Source: an uncultured Nitrososphaerales archaeon
Lineage (GTDB): Archaea > Thermoproteota > Nitrososphaeria > Nitrososphaerales > Gagatemarchaeaceae
Assembly (NCBI GenBank): GCA_963706445.1
Contig: OY970160.1
Coordinates: forward strand, 1,568,001 to 1,632,000
Reading direction: 5' to 3'
DNA: 64,000 nt
Shown: piece by piece, positions 28,455-38,938 of the stretch
Position numbering within the stretch: the stretch's first letter is position 1
Layout of the letters: every line of letters starts with the position of its first letter
Notes under the pieces: generated by a model
Told to the model about the DNA's origin: nothing
Database searches by the model: none
The model's input: only the letters and a program-made list of their open reading frames with translations
Program-made: the position numbers and the translations under genes

Positions 28455-30056
28455 TTGGAACTGCGCTCGGCCTACGACGTGGTCGTCATCGGTTCCGGAG
28501 CGAGTGGGCTGACTGCAGCTCTGGGAGCCGCTACTGCCAATGCAGATGTTGTTGTGCTGGAAAAGGGTAGAAAGTTCGGAGGCTCTTCTGCCCTGTCGGG
28601 GGGACAGCTCTGGGTCCCCAACAACAAGTTCCAGAGGGGGGCGGGAATCAAAGACTCACATGCGATGGCGACGAAATACCTGATGACCCTCTCGAGAGGA
28701 AGAGTCGACCCGTCTCTCATCCATGCCTTCGTCCGAGACTCTCCGAAAGTGCTCGATCTCCTTACGAGGCAAACTCCGCTACGTCCTGCCTTGAGAGAGA
28801 GCGAGCCCGACTACCATCCTGAGTGGAAAGGGGGGCTGAAGGGAGGGAGGACCCTCGACCCCGGGCTGTTTGATGGGGCATCGCTGGATGAGGAATACTC
28901 CGACATCCTGCACAATCCACATTACCATCTCCCTGGCGGTCTACACACCAGTTCGCTCGAGTTCGAAATGCTGATGCGGGGAGAAGAGGTCCCGGGATTG
29001 AAGGGGAGGAAGCCGACCATGCTTGCCCTGGGCGAGGCTCTCGTTGGGGCGCTGCGCAGGGGCCTCATGGACCTCGATGTCCCCCTATTGGTATCTCACA
29101 GGGTAGTCGGGCTTCTGACTGACAATGGTAGGGCCGCCGGGGTCGAGGTCAAAACTCCACGAGGCAAGAAGAAGGTGAAAGCCCGGCGGGGTGTCATCCT
29201 GGCCGCGGGAGGGTTCGAATGGAACCCCGAGATGAAGAGACAGTTTCTATTCGCGCCGTCGGAGAACTCGGCCGGTTGTATGACGAACACCGGAGATGGG
29301 GTGGCGATGGGAATCGGAGCCGGGGCCGCCACGTCTTTGATGGACGAGGCCTGGTGGTTCACTCTGCTCCTCAGACCGGGGGTGAAGAGGGGGTGGCTGG
29401 TGACGAGCGAGCGGACTCTCCCCGGGTCAATCATGGTCAATTCGAAGGGGAGGAGATTCGCCAACGAGGCGATGAACTACCTCGACTTGACGAGGGAGAT
29501 GCTCGTCCACAATCCGGCAACCTATTCCTTCGACAATGTTCCTGCGTACCTCATCTTCGACTCGGTCTACCTCTCCAAGTACCCTGTCGGTGGAGAAAGA
29601 ATGGAGAAAGCCCCGAACTGGATTCAAAGAGGTCAGTCGCTGCCTGAACTAGCAGCGAAACTCGGGGTGGACGGTCAGGGCCTTGCCGCCACAGTGGACG
29701 AATTCAACAAGGGTGCTGAGGCGGGGGTTGACCGAGCGTTCCATAGGGGAGAGAGCTACTACGACAGGCATTGGGGAGACCCGTCAGCGCCCCATCAGAC
29801 ATTGGGGCCGATTGGGAAACCTCCGTTCTACGGCGTGAGAATCCTCGCTGGAGACATCGGGACCAAGGGTGGGATGGTCACAGATGCCGATGGGAGAGTG
29901 AAGGACGCAGTTGGGAAAACAATCCCCGGGTTGTACGCGGTGGGAAACAATGCGGCTAGCGTGATGGGCCCGGGCTACGCTGGCTCGGGGGCGACGCTTG
30001 GTCCGTGCATAACCTTCGGCTTTCTCGCCGGGGTCGACTGCGCGAAGAGAGGATAG
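28455..30056 (+). CDS. FAD-dependent oxidoreductase, 3-ketosteroid delta-1-dehydrogenase-like
   Basis: GSGASG, GGSSALSGGQLWVPNN, PDYHPE, GDIGTKGG, YAVGN..YAGSGATLGP. Confidence 0.85.
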   Translation: MELRSAYDVVVIGSGASGLTAALGAATANADVVVLEKGRKFGGSSALSGGQLWVPNNKFQRGAGIKDSHAMATKYLMTLSRGRVDPSLIHAFVRDSPKVLDLLTRQTPLRPALRESEPDYHPEWKGGLKGGRTLDPGLFDGASLDEEYSDILHNPHYHLPGGLHTSSLEFEMLMRGEEVPGLKGRKPTMLALGEALVGALRRGLMDLDVPLLVSHRVVGLLTDNGRAAGVEVKTPRGKKKVKARRGVILAAGGFEWNPEMKRQFLFAPSENSAGCMTNTGDGVAMGIGAGAATSLMDEAWWFTLLLRPGVKRGWLVTSERTLPGSIMVNSKGRRFANEAMNYLDLTREMLVHNPATYSFDNVPAYLIFDSVYLSKYPVGGERMEKAPNWIQRGQSLPELAAKLGVDGQGLAATVDEFNKGAEAGVDRAFHRGESYYDRHWGDPSAPHQTLGPIGKPPFYGVRILAGDIGTKGGMVTDADGRVKDAVGKTIPGLYAVGNNAASVMGPGYAGSGATLGPCITFGFLAGVDCAKRG

Positions 30057-30065
30057 GACCACGCC

Positions 30066-30986
30066 TTGACAGATCGGATGCTGGAGACCGAGTCGCTGAC
30101 GAAGGTGTACAGCGGCTCCAAGGGGAAGAGGGCCCTCGACCAAGTCAGTCTCAAAGTGCCGTCAGAGGGAATCTTCTCCCTGATAGGGATGAACGGGGCG
30201 GGCAAGACGACCCTCGTCAGGATACTCGCGACCCAGCTCCAACCAACTTCAGGCAGGGCCTCGATAGACGGGTTGGACGTGATGAAAGATGCTGGGACGC
30301 TGAGGGACCGCATCGCGTGCGTCCCCCAAGAAGCCAGGACCGCCCCTTTCATGACCCCGAAGCAGACTGTTCTCTCCTACCTCCTCTGGAGAGGGTTGAG
30401 CTACGGTGAAGCGGGCAAGAAGGCGGAAGAGGCCCTGGCTCAGGTGGGGCTGGCCGAGCAGACTAACGTCCTCAACAGGCGCCTGTCGGGGGGCACCAGA
30501 AGGAAGGTGTTGGTGGCCACGGTCCTTTCTTCGGATGCCGAAGTCATATTCCTGGACGAGCCCACGACGGGGCTAGATCCGATTTCGCGCCGGGACCTCT
30601 GGAACGTGCTCGCCGGGTTGGCCAAAGACAGGTTCCTGATCTTGACGACGCACTACCTGGAGGAGGCCGAGAGGCTCGCCGGGGCCATTGGGGTACTGCA
30701 CAAGGGGAAGCTGATCGGCCTCGGAACACTGGACGAACTCCGAAGCACTGTCAGGTACCAGTACAGCCTGATGCTCCCCACGTCGGAAGGAGTGCCGCCG
30801 GTCCGCGACGGCGAGGTCACCGCGGGGAGTTCCGGCCAGACGCAGATCCTCACCAACGAGACCGAGGCCTACGAGATATCGAAGTCGCTCCTCGACCGCG
30901 GAATGAAATTCTCCATGAGCCGGACGTCCCTCGATGACATCTTCTTCCACATGGTGCACGGGGAAGGGGAGGAGACATCGGCATGA
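30066..30986 (+). CDS. ABC exporter ATP-binding protein
   Basis: GMNGAGKT, LSGG, LDEPTTGLD. Confidence 0.95.
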   Translation: MTDRMLETESLTKVYSGSKGKRALDQVSLKVPSEGIFSLIGMNGAGKTTLVRILATQLQPTSGRASIDGLDVMKDAGTLRDRIACVPQEARTAPFMTPKQTVLSYLLWRGLSYGEAGKKAEEALAQVGLAEQTNVLNRRLSGGTRRKVLVATVLSSDAEVIFLDEPTTGLDPISRRDLWNVLAGLAKDRFLILTTHYLEEAERLAGAIGVLHKGKLIGLGTLDELRSTVRYQYSLMLPTSEGVPPVRDGEVTAGSSGQTQILTNETEAYEISKSLLDRGMKFSMSRTSLDDIFFHMVHGEGEETSA

Positions 30987-31723
30987 GGCCGACGGGATGG
31001 CAGGTCCTCGCCGGGATCATGGTGAACGCCTTCTACGCCATGAAAAACTATCCAATCATGATGATCAACACGGTCCTCTCTCCCCTCTCCTTCCTGATCG
31101 TCATAACGTTCGTTAGTAAGGGCGCGCTGATCGGGGAGGCGATAGAGGGTGGCTTGATCATGAGCATGTTCCAGGCGGGGACGTCCTTGCAGGGAGACCT
31201 CTCTCACTACAAGAACGACTTCAAGCTGCAGGACATGGTCGTGAGCACGCCGTCCACTCCCCTGGCATATGTGACGGGGATGGCCATTGGTGAAATCATC
31301 TACTCCCTCCCTGCCATTGCGGTGCTCGTCGTCTTGGCGGGGATCTACATCCACCCTGACCTGGGTGGCGCGCTCCAGCTGCTGGCAGTTCTACTCCTGA
31401 TGTTCCTGGCTTCGGTAACCATTGGCTTCACCCTTTCGACGTTTTCGAGCGACATCGTCCAGAGCTTCGCGTTTTCGAGGCTGATCTCCACCCTATTCTC
31501 CACCCTGCCTCCAGTATACTATCCCATCACCTACATCCCGCTCCCCTACCGCTACTTCGCCTATCTTTCTCCGACGACCTATGCCGCAGAGATATCACAG
31601 AACCTCACAGGGATCGTCCAGTTCGATACAACGACAATCGCCACGGCCTGGATCGTCCTCGTGGCTGTGAGTTTCGCGCTACTCCTGGTGTCAATCCGGA
31701 AAGCAAGATGGCGCGAAATCTGA
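30983..31723 (+). CDS. ABC-2 type permease
   Basis: Six TM helices, PPVYYP..LSPTTY; ATGA overlap with the ATPase gene. Confidence 0.9.
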   Translation: MRPTGWQVLAGIMVNAFYAMKNYPIMMINTVLSPLSFLIVITFVSKGALIGEAIEGGLIMSMFQAGTSLQGDLSHYKNDFKLQDMVVSTPSTPLAYVTGMAIGEIIYSLPAIAVLVVLAGIYIHPDLGGALQLLAVLLLMFLASVTIGFTLSTFSSDIVQSFAFSRLISTLFSTLPPVYYPITYIPLPYRYFAYLSPTTYAAEISQNLTGIVQFDTTTIATAWIVLVAVSFALLLVSIRKARWREI

Positions 31724-31729
31724 GGGCCC

Positions 31730-32383
31730 TCAGCCTACTTTGTCCATGAATCTGACGTCGAACCCAGATTCCTTCAGGACGGCCACCATGTTCTTTACGA
31801 CTGCGGGGGCATCAATCTCCTTCACCCATTTGCCGAGGTTGGCGACAGGCGGACAGCTGGGAGGAGGTATGCAGAGCCTGTTGAGTTTTTCCAAGTCTGA
31901 ATTCAGTAGAAGCGTACCGTGGACCAGCAAGGTGCCTTTGGTGGTCCTCGCGGCCAAGCCGGATACCTTGCGGTCTGAGACATCAATCCTGTTCGGAGGG
32001 AAGAAGCGGGCCTCGATTCCGAGTCTGTTCAGGGCTTTCACGATGTATTGTGAGCCTTCCTGAAACACCACTTGCGGAGACATGACAGCGTCTGACTTCT
32101 TTAGGAACAAGCTCCAGTTCAGGTTACCTTCGTCGTGGTAGACGACACCTCCGCCGGTCGACCTCGTCAGGACTGGAATACCCATTTCCCTAGCGATGTC
32201 CTCGTGATACCAACCGTATCTGCTGTTCTTGGCTTCGCCTCTGATGAGACAGGGAGAGTTCACCCAGAAGCGGGCAACTTCCGAAGAGCCCTTTTCGACT
32301 TCTTCGAACAGTTCAGCTTCCCGTTTCAAATTGATGAGCGGGTCGCGGTTCTGGTCGAAGTAGACTAGAAGCTCTCTCGACAA
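31730..32383 (-). CDS. Lipoate-protein ligase A family (catalytic domain)
   Basis: RSTGGGVVYHDEGNLNWS, RKVSG, HGTLL; start reassigned to TTG 32383. Confidence 0.88.
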   Translation of the reverse strand: MSRELLVYFDQNRDPLINLKREAELFEEVEKGSSEVARFWVNSPCLIRGEAKNSRYGWYHEDIAREMGIPVLTRSTGGGVVYHDEGNLNWSLFLKKSDAVMSPQVVFQEGSQYIVKALNRLGIEARFFPPNRIDVSDRKVSGLAARTTKGTLLVHGTLLLNSDLEKLNRLCIPPPSCPPVANLGKWVKEIDAPAVVKNMVAVLKESGFDVRFMDKVG

Positions 32384-32468
32384 GAGGATTATCGACACGG
32401 CCGCTTCGATATTACTTATACGCCGAGTCTCTGGTCGTCCGATTGACAGCTTTGGTGGATGTCCTGAC

Positions 32469-33689
32469 CTAGGCAGACGGCCGGGCCAAGCCAATCTTCG
32501 CTAGTCTGTAGATCAGGCCGATGGCGAGTATCGCCAGTCCTGCAAGGATGTTCTGAAGTGCAAGAGAGAAGGCGAGCCCAACGCACCCCACAAGGCCTGC
32601 AAATGCTAGGAAACGGGGGAACGTCCTCTGCTCCTTACTCAGTCGTATGGTGGAGAGATTGGTCACTGTGTAGTAGAGGAGCGTCCCGAAGCTGGATATT
32701 GCCACTGCGGCGCCGAATGGGGCGAACCCGGCGACCAGCATGGAGACGGCTCCCACGAGGAGCACGCTCCTCCAGGGGTTACTGTCCCCGCCGAGGCGGG
32801 CCATGCCTGTCGGGAGGTCGGCTTTGCGGGCCATGGCGAATGCCACTCTGGACACCCCCAACAGGTCGGATACTCCTTCGTTGAATGTGGTAAGGAGCGC
32901 TCCAGCTATCACTATGGTTACCCCCACCCCGCTCCCCACGGCCAGCATTGTGCTCTGTAGAGGAGAGGAAGAAGAGGAAACGCCGCTGGCGCCAAGGACC
33001 GCGAGCGCAGTGAACCCAACTCCGAGATACAAGAGGGTCGCAGTGCCAAGGGCCACGACAGTCGCCTTCGGAATCGTCCGCTTCGGGTCCCTGACCTCCT
33101 CGACAAGAGTGGCGATTCTGCTGTACCCTGTGAACGCGAAGAAGAGCAATGCGGTCGCCTGCAGTATCCCACCGATGCCACCGGGAGCGAATGGGGAGAG
33201 GTTGGAAGCATGCGCCGAGGGGAGGCCGATGATTATCACCGCAAGGAGTGATATGACCGAGAGCACGACGACGACGTCTGTGACCCGGACCGAGCGCCTG
33301 ATGCCGAGGGCGTTCAGAGTCGTCATGAGAAGGACTGCCCCGACGGCTGCGTCCCTAGCAGGGATGAAACCGACCACCGCATTCAGATAGGCCCCGAAGG
33401 CGAGTGCGATCACCCCCGGACCGACAGTGTTTGCCGTGAGGAACATCCACCCGGCGCCGAACCCCCACCAGGGGCCGAGCATCCGACCCCCGAATTCGTA
33501 GGTGCCCCCTGTCCTCGGGAAGATGGCCGCCAGCTGCGTCGAGGAAAGGGCGTTGCAGAAAGCGACGAATGCCGCGAGGACGAGAGAGATCAGGATGGAG
33601 GGTCCAGCGATAGCCGCGGCAGGTGCGATGACCGCGAATATTCCGGCGCCGAGGATGGCGGCGAGCCCGGTGGCAACGGCGTCGAACAT
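32469..33689 (-). CDS. APC-family amino acid permease
   Basis: ILGAGIF, PRTGGTY, FFAFTGY, EEVRDPKRTIP. Confidence 0.92.
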   Translation of the reverse strand: MFDAVATGLAAILGAGIFAVIAPAAAIAGPSILISLVLAAFVAFCNALSSTQLAAIFPRTGGTYEFGGRMLGPWWGFGAGWMFLTANTVGPGVIALAFGAYLNAVVGFIPARDAAVGAVLLMTTLNALGIRRSVRVTDVVVVLSVISLLAVIIIGLPSAHASNLSPFAPGGIGGILQATALLFFAFTGYSRIATLVEEVRDPKRTIPKATVVALGTATLLYLGVGFTALAVLGASGVSSSSSPLQSTMLAVGSGVGVTIVIAGALLTTFNEGVSDLLGVSRVAFAMARKADLPTGMARLGGDSNPWRSVLLVGAVSMLVAGFAPFGAAVAISSFGTLLYYTVTNLSTIRLSKEQRTFPRFLAFAGLVGCVGLAFSLALQNILAGLAILAIGLIYRLAKIGLARPSA

Positions 33690-33771
33690 CCCGAGCTGTG
33701 GCTTCAGGTTCAGTGTGGACTTTGGGAGGCGACGGTTGGTTAATTACCATTGAGGGGTGGGTGGCTGGACA

Positions 33772-35934
33772 ATGAGGCCTGGACGGCCTGACGCGATGAC
33801 GAGCTTCTTCGAGCCCAAAAGCGTGGCTGTGGCCGGCGCCTCGACAGACCCCGAAAAGCTCGGGTCGATCATATTCAGCAACCTGATCGCCAACCGGGAC
33901 AAGGGACTCCTCAGGGCCTCCGTGTTCGCGTTGAACCCGGCCTATGACCGCATCGGCTCGGAGCCATGTTACCGGGACATCGGTTCCCTGCCGTCAACCC
34001 CCGAGTTGCTGGTTGTAGCGGTTCCTGAATCCCACACGATTGGACTGATCAAGGACGCGGCCGAAGCCGGGGTCAAAGCCGCTATCGTCATCGCCGGAGG
34101 ATACTCCGAGGTTGGGAAGGGAGACGACGAGGCGAAGATTGGGAAGCTGGCCGCCAGACACGGCATGAGGATCCTCGGGCCGAACACCATTGGGCTGCTT
34201 GACACTAGGTCAGGGGTCGACTCCCTGTTCCTTCGCTCGACGAAAAAGCTCCCCAGCGGGACAGAGATAGTTTCCCGACTGAGCCCCCTCCCCGGAGGAG
34301 TGGCCGTGATTACCCAGAGCGGGCACCTGGGGGAGACGATTTCAGAGGAGCTGGCTGCGAACGGAGTCGGAGTAAGGGCAATCGTCGGCACAGGGAACCA
34401 GCTCGACGTGTCAGTGGAAGAGGTCATCGAGCACTTCGCCGATGATGAGCACACCAAGGTCGTGGTGGTCTACCTCGAGGGAGTGCGCGAGGGCCGTAGG
34501 TTCATGGAAGCCGCGTCCTATGCCTCGAAGAGGAAGCCGGTCGTCGTGTTCAAGGTCGGCAAGACGAGTGTCGGGGCCAGGGCCGCGCTTACCCACACTG
34601 CGTCATTGGTCGGGAATTATGCGGTGTACCGGGCGGCCTTCCGCCAGTCGGGGGTGGTTGAGGCAAACAATCTGCAGGAGCTTGTGGATTACTCGATTGC
34701 ACTCTCGATGCTTCCCAAGCCTGCGGGGAGAAGGCTGGTGATCGTGACCAACGCCGGTGGGGTCGGAGCTATCGCGGCGGATGAGGCGGGGAGGCTGGGA
34801 ATGGTGGTAGACCCGTTGGAACCCGAAGGGGTGCGGAGGGTTCGCTCAGAGTTCGGAGGGACTGGGTTCATCGTGAATGCTTCTCTCGGCAACCCCATCG
34901 ATCTGACGGCATCGGTGACCACGGATGAACTGGCAAGGGCGACGGAACTTGTCATTTCCTCCCCCCAATATGATCTTGGCTTGGTCCTCCCCACCCACCA
35001 GGCTCCTGGCATCGGTTTCGATGTAGCCGAGAAGCTGAGCCGGGCGGTCGCGAGAGCAGGGAAGCCCGTCTCCATGGCTGTTGTAGGGCAGTCTCCCTTC
35101 GCCGAAAAGATTCACAGTGAATTCATGTCGAGGGGCATTCCAAGCTATCCTACTCCGGAGAGGGCGGCTGGAGCTCTGGCGGCTTGCGTCGATTATGAGG
35201 AGCTTAGAAGGAATGCGAAGGCACCAGTCCGCGTCCCTAAGCAGACCGGCCAATCAGGCCAGGGTGGATCGCTGCCCCCTGACAAGGCGAGCAGATTGCT
35301 GGCGTCCTACGGAATCGGAGGGCCGAAGTCGGTCGTCGTCCGTTCTGCTAAGGATCTTGGGAGATTGAGGATGCTCCGATTCCCGGTGGCGTGCAAGTTG
35401 CAGGCAAGAGGGCTGCTGCACAAGACCGACGTCGGCGGGGTGGAGGTCGGCATCCGTACGACGTCTGAAGCGGCTTCTGCCTTCGCCAGGTTCGAAAAGG
35501 TGGCGAAGTCAAAGCAGATGAAGTTTGACGGTATGCTGGTTCAGGAAATGGTCCGAGGGACGGAGGTCATAATCGGAGGGACCCGCGACCCGACCTTCGG
35601 TCCGGTGGTCCTCGTAGGGCTCGGGGGCATATACACGGAATTGCTCCGGGACTTCGACCTCGCGGTCGCCCCGATTGACGAAAGGGACGCAAAGAGGTTG
35701 CTGAGCAGAGGGAGGCTGGGCCGTGCCCTCGAGGGTTACAGGGGAGGACCGAGGGTCGGACTCGGACGTCTGTCCAAGGCCATCGCGAATTTCTCGCGGA
35801 TACTTGCAGAGAACCCAGCAATCGAACAGATCGAGGTGAACCCGCTGATGGTGACGCAGAAGGCAGTCGTCTCAGTCGACGCGCGGGTCGTGCTGAAGGG
35901 GAGCTCGCGAGCGAGAAGCGTTGTCTCTCCCTAG
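33772..35934 (+). CDS. ADP-forming acyl-CoA synthetase (fused alpha/beta subunits)
   Basis: FFEPKSVAVAGAS, GPNTIG, AALTHTASL, TNAGG, NPIDL, ATP-grasp HKTDVGGV, DPTFGPV, EVNPL. Confidence 0.92.
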   Translation: MRPGRPDAMTSFFEPKSVAVAGASTDPEKLGSIIFSNLIANRDKGLLRASVFALNPAYDRIGSEPCYRDIGSLPSTPELLVVAVPESHTIGLIKDAAEAGVKAAIVIAGGYSEVGKGDDEAKIGKLAARHGMRILGPNTIGLLDTRSGVDSLFLRSTKKLPSGTEIVSRLSPLPGGVAVITQSGHLGETISEELAANGVGVRAIVGTGNQLDVSVEEVIEHFADDEHTKVVVVYLEGVREGRRFMEAASYASKRKPVVVFKVGKTSVGARAALTHTASLVGNYAVYRAAFRQSGVVEANNLQELVDYSIALSMLPKPAGRRLVIVTNAGGVGAIAADEAGRLGMVVDPLEPEGVRRVRSEFGGTGFIVNASLGNPIDLTASVTTDELARATELVISSPQYDLGLVLPTHQAPGIGFDVAEKLSRAVARAGKPVSMAVVGQSPFAEKIHSEFMSRGIPSYPTPERAAGALAACVDYEELRRNAKAPVRVPKQTGQSGQGGSLPPDKASRLLASYGIGGPKSVVVRSAKDLGRLRMLRFPVACKLQARGLLHKTDVGGVEVGIRTTSEAASAFARFEKVAKSKQMKFDGMLVQEMVRGTEVIIGGTRDPTFGPVVLVGLGGIYTELLRDFDLAVAPIDERDAKRLLSRGRLGRALEGYRGGPRVGLGRLSKAIANFSRILAENPAIEQIEVNPLMVTQKAVVSVDARVVLKGSSRARSVVSP

Positions 35935-36726
35935 CAGGTTGCTGTCTTCAAGGACCTCCATGAAATCTGACTTGCATTCGGCAACGAACTTCAGATAGCT
36001 CCTGTGACGGGCTAGCTGTAGGTCCCTGACCACCTTGGGTGTGACTTCGGTGCCCTGTCCCTGAAGATAGGAGACCGTTATGTCGAAGTCGTGGACTGCG
36101 CCTAGCGCCTCCTGCCATTTGGTCAGGATGGGCAACTCAGGTTCGCCGTCGTCCATGAGCTCCATAAAGTACCTCAGTTTCTTGACTTCCTTGCGGAGCG
36201 AGTGGAGCTCCTCGACCTTCGATTCATCTCTGACCACCTGATTCAGCAAATCGACGGCGACCCTGGAACGCTTCCGTAGGACCCGCCCGAGTCTTCTCGA
36301 GAGCTGCTTCTTCCCTAGCACAGATGGATCCAGCTCAGGAGTGGGCGCGTCAGAAAGCAGTTCTGTGGCAGCTTTAGCCCTGGCGGCTGCGTCGCTTCTT
36401 TGGTTCTGAAGGGTGACGAGCAGGTCGGCCGGGAGATTCCCTTGGTGCTCCAGGGTGTCCACCAGAGTGTCGAGGTCTCGGAGTTGGGACGTCGTCTTCA
36501 GCACAGACTTCAAGACCAGGTCGTAGTGCTTCGATGTTTGGGACATCCTGATTGTGCGTGGGAGCAGCCTTCGCATTATCTGGATTCGGCGTATTGTGAC
36601 CCTGAGGTCGTGTATCTCGTCGGGAGAAGGACGGTCGGGGAGTGTGCTGGCTAGGTCGGCGAGAGCCTTGGCTCTGGCCTTGTACCTCTTCTCAAAAGTC
36701 TTGGGCTTGACCCTGACCGCTGCCAT
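35872..36726 (-). CDS. CHAD domain polyphosphate-binding protein
   Basis: IHDLRVTIRR, LRDLD, LHSLRKEVKKLRY, QEALGAVHD. Confidence 0.92.
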   Translation of the reverse strand: MAAVRVKPKTFEKRYKARAKALADLASTLPDRPSPDEIHDLRVTIRRIQIMRRLLPRTIRMSQTSKHYDLVLKSVLKTTSQLRDLDTLVDTLEHQGNLPADLLVTLQNQRSDAAARAKAATELLSDAPTPELDPSVLGKKQLSRRLGRVLRKRSRVAVDLLNQVVRDESKVEELHSLRKEVKKLRYFMELMDDGEPELPILTKWQEALGAVHDFDITVSYLQGQGTEVTPKVVRDLQLARHRSYLKFVAECKSDFMEVLEDSNLLGRDNASRSRAPLQHDPRVD

Positions 36727-36860
36727 GTTGGCTCCCAGAACGAGCAGGGAGAAAAAGGGATTGCTCCTCGGCCGGGCGTCCATATAGAATCATGTGGGCA
36801 CAATATCGTTCATAGACCGACCTGAAATACAGGTTGTCGAAGTAGCGAGCGCAGGGGAGC

Positions 36861-37370
36861 ATGGAAGTATATCTTTTGAGACATGGTGAAGCTGGAAAGA
36901 GGGTCCCAGCCGGCGCGAAGGACACTGAGCGGGCCCTCACTGTCGCCGGGCGAGGAGAGATCGAGGAGGTCGGGCTCGGCATGGCTGCTTTGGGGTTGAA
37001 GTTCGATGTCATAGCGACCAGCCCCCTGAAGAGGGCCGAGGAGACGGCGGCCATAGTAGGCAAGATGCTAAGGCAGAAGGGCCTGATCGAAGCGTGGTCG
37101 GAACTCAGGCCAGAGGCCAACCGGAACCTGTTCTACCGGAGGCTTGGCAAACTGAAGCCAGGCTCGAATGTGCTCTGTGTGGGACATGAGCCCTACCTCT
37201 CGAGCGCAATAGGTGACGTCACAGGCAGGGGGGGTGAGGGGGCGGCCGGGTTCAGGATGGTGATGAGGAAGGGAGGTTTGGCAAGGCTGACGGTAACTGG
37301 CTTCGTTCCAAGGATTACCGGCGAGCTTCGCTGGCTGCTTACGCCGAAACTGCTCAGGAAGCTGGCCTAG
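36861..37370 (+). CDS. sixA: Phosphohistidine phosphatase SixA
   Basis: LLRHGEA, SPLKRAEETA, VGHEP. Confidence 0.93.
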   Translation: MEVYLLRHGEAGKRVPAGAKDTERALTVAGRGEIEEVGLGMAALGLKFDVIATSPLKRAEETAAIVGKMLRQKGLIEAWSELRPEANRNLFYRRLGKLKPGSNVLCVGHEPYLSSAIGDVTGRGGEGAAGFRMVMRKGGLARLTVTGFVPRITGELRWLLTPKLLRKLA

Positions 37371-37422
37371 CTGCGCACGACGCGTGAAAGTCTTAAGCGG
37401 TTGAAGGGACAGTGGTGAGAAG

Positions 37423-38937
37423 ATGAAGGTCGCGGTAATCGATGTGGGCTTCAACTCCCTGAAAATGGTCAGGTACAAGGTAGAGCCTGGAGGGTCGGCG
37501 AAGTCCTACGGCCAGCTGGGGGCCATGGCCAAACTGGGAGAGGGGCTTGAAAGGACAGGTTATCTTGGTAACGAACCAATCTCCAGGACCATTGACGCCC
37601 TGAGGCTCTGCAGAGAGACCGCGTCGCTTGAGAACATCAAACATGTGCTGTTGATTGGGACCAGCCCCGTGAGGGAGGCTGCCAACAGGGAGGAGTTCCT
37701 CAAGCGGGTCCAGGAGGAAACGGGAATGAAAATGCGAGTGCTTTCTGGAAACGAGGAGGCGCTTTACGGGCTGCTGGGGTCCCTGAGGGCCGTCGGCGCT
37801 CCGAGCGTTCTTTTCTTCGACCTGGGAGGAGGGAGCCTCGAGTTGACATACGCTGAGAAGTTCAAGATTAGGAAGATCATGTCTCTCCCTCTCGGGGTGC
37901 TCAAGCTCACCTCAGCGTACGCAGGCAAGGATGGGAAATTTACGAAGAAGGACAGGGCCAAGATGGCCAAGCAGATCCTCCAGGCGCTCCCCTCGAAAAG
38001 AGAGCTAGACCTCGACAGGGATACAGTGCTCGTGGGAACCGGAGGGACCGTCAGAGCCATGGCGAGGTTTGACCAGGATTCGATTGACTACCCGTTTGAC
38101 AAGGTCCACAACTACTCTATTCCAGCCGAGTCTGTCCAGCAGATGAGTCGTGAGTTCTTCAAGCTGAAGGTTGCGGAGCTCAACAGGATTGAGGCCATCG
38201 GCGAAGGGAGATCTGAGACCATCGCGGTTGGGGCGCTGATGGTGAAGTTGTTGATGAAGAAGCTTGGATTCGCTGAGGTCACGGTGAGCACTCATGGCCT
38301 AAGGGATGGGATACTGTCGGAGTTCCTCGAAGGAGGCCTGCGGACGAACAACGGAGTGCTACAGAAAGAGGATGTTGAACGCCTGGTGTCCCGGCCCATC
38401 CAACCGCCTGGATTGGAAGACCATGCCGACTTGCTCGACTGCCTCCTGAGAAACGGCCTTGTGGACGACAGGCAGAGACAGATCCTCTTGACGGCCGCCT
38501 GGAGGGGGATGTCCCCCGACTGCTCTGATGCGGACCCTGACGCCGTCTTCGGGACCCTCATGAGCGAGGACCTTCCCATGGGCCATGAGGACCAGCTGCT
38601 AATGGCGATTTCAGTGGTGAGAGCACGGCGGCCAAGGACGGCGAACTGGCTCGTCAGGGAGTATGAAGGGGCCCTGGCCCATGATGCCAGGACGGTGAAG
38701 AAGCTGGGAGCCTGTCTGAGGCTGATGGAGGTGCTGGACCGCTCGAAGGCGCAGTTCAGGATTGCCTATTCCGGTGGGCTTAGGGTGAGCATCATACAGA
38801 ACGAGGGGCCCTTCCCCCTCGAGCTTGCCAGGATGGCCGCCCTGGGGCTCTCGAGCGCCATCAAGAAGCCCGTGACAATTTTCGTGAGCGCCAAGGAAAG
38901 GGAGCGTCACGCAGGGCTGGTAAAGGTGGGGAACTGA
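37423..38937 (+). CDS. ppx: Exopolyphosphatase Ppx/GppA family
   Basis: VIDVGFNS, SGNEEA, DLGGGSLE, GTGGTVR, GLRDG; degenerate HD-like C-terminus. Confidence 0.93.
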   Translation: MKVAVIDVGFNSLKMVRYKVEPGGSAKSYGQLGAMAKLGEGLERTGYLGNEPISRTIDALRLCRETASLENIKHVLLIGTSPVREAANREEFLKRVQEETGMKMRVLSGNEEALYGLLGSLRAVGAPSVLFFDLGGGSLELTYAEKFKIRKIMSLPLGVLKLTSAYAGKDGKFTKKDRAKMAKQILQALPSKRELDLDRDTVLVGTGGTVRAMARFDQDSIDYPFDKVHNYSIPAESVQQMSREFFKLKVAELNRIEAIGEGRSETIAVGALMVKLLMKKLGFAEVTVSTHGLRDGILSEFLEGGLRTNNGVLQKEDVERLVSRPIQPPGLEDHADLLDCLLRNGLVDDRQRQILLTAAWRGMSPDCSDADPDAVFGTLMSEDLPMGHEDQLLMAISVVRARRPRTANWLVREYEGALAHDARTVKKLGACLRLMEVLDRSKAQFRIAYSGGLRVSIIQNEGPFPLELARMAALGLSSAIKKPVTIFVSAKERERHAGLVKVGN

Positions 38938-38938
38938 G

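Noticed and set aside
35872-35934. 63-bp tail-to-tail overlap of the ACD and CHAD genes as a regulatory feature
   Set aside because: Both tails look like unconserved extensions, which is common in GC-rich compact genomes.
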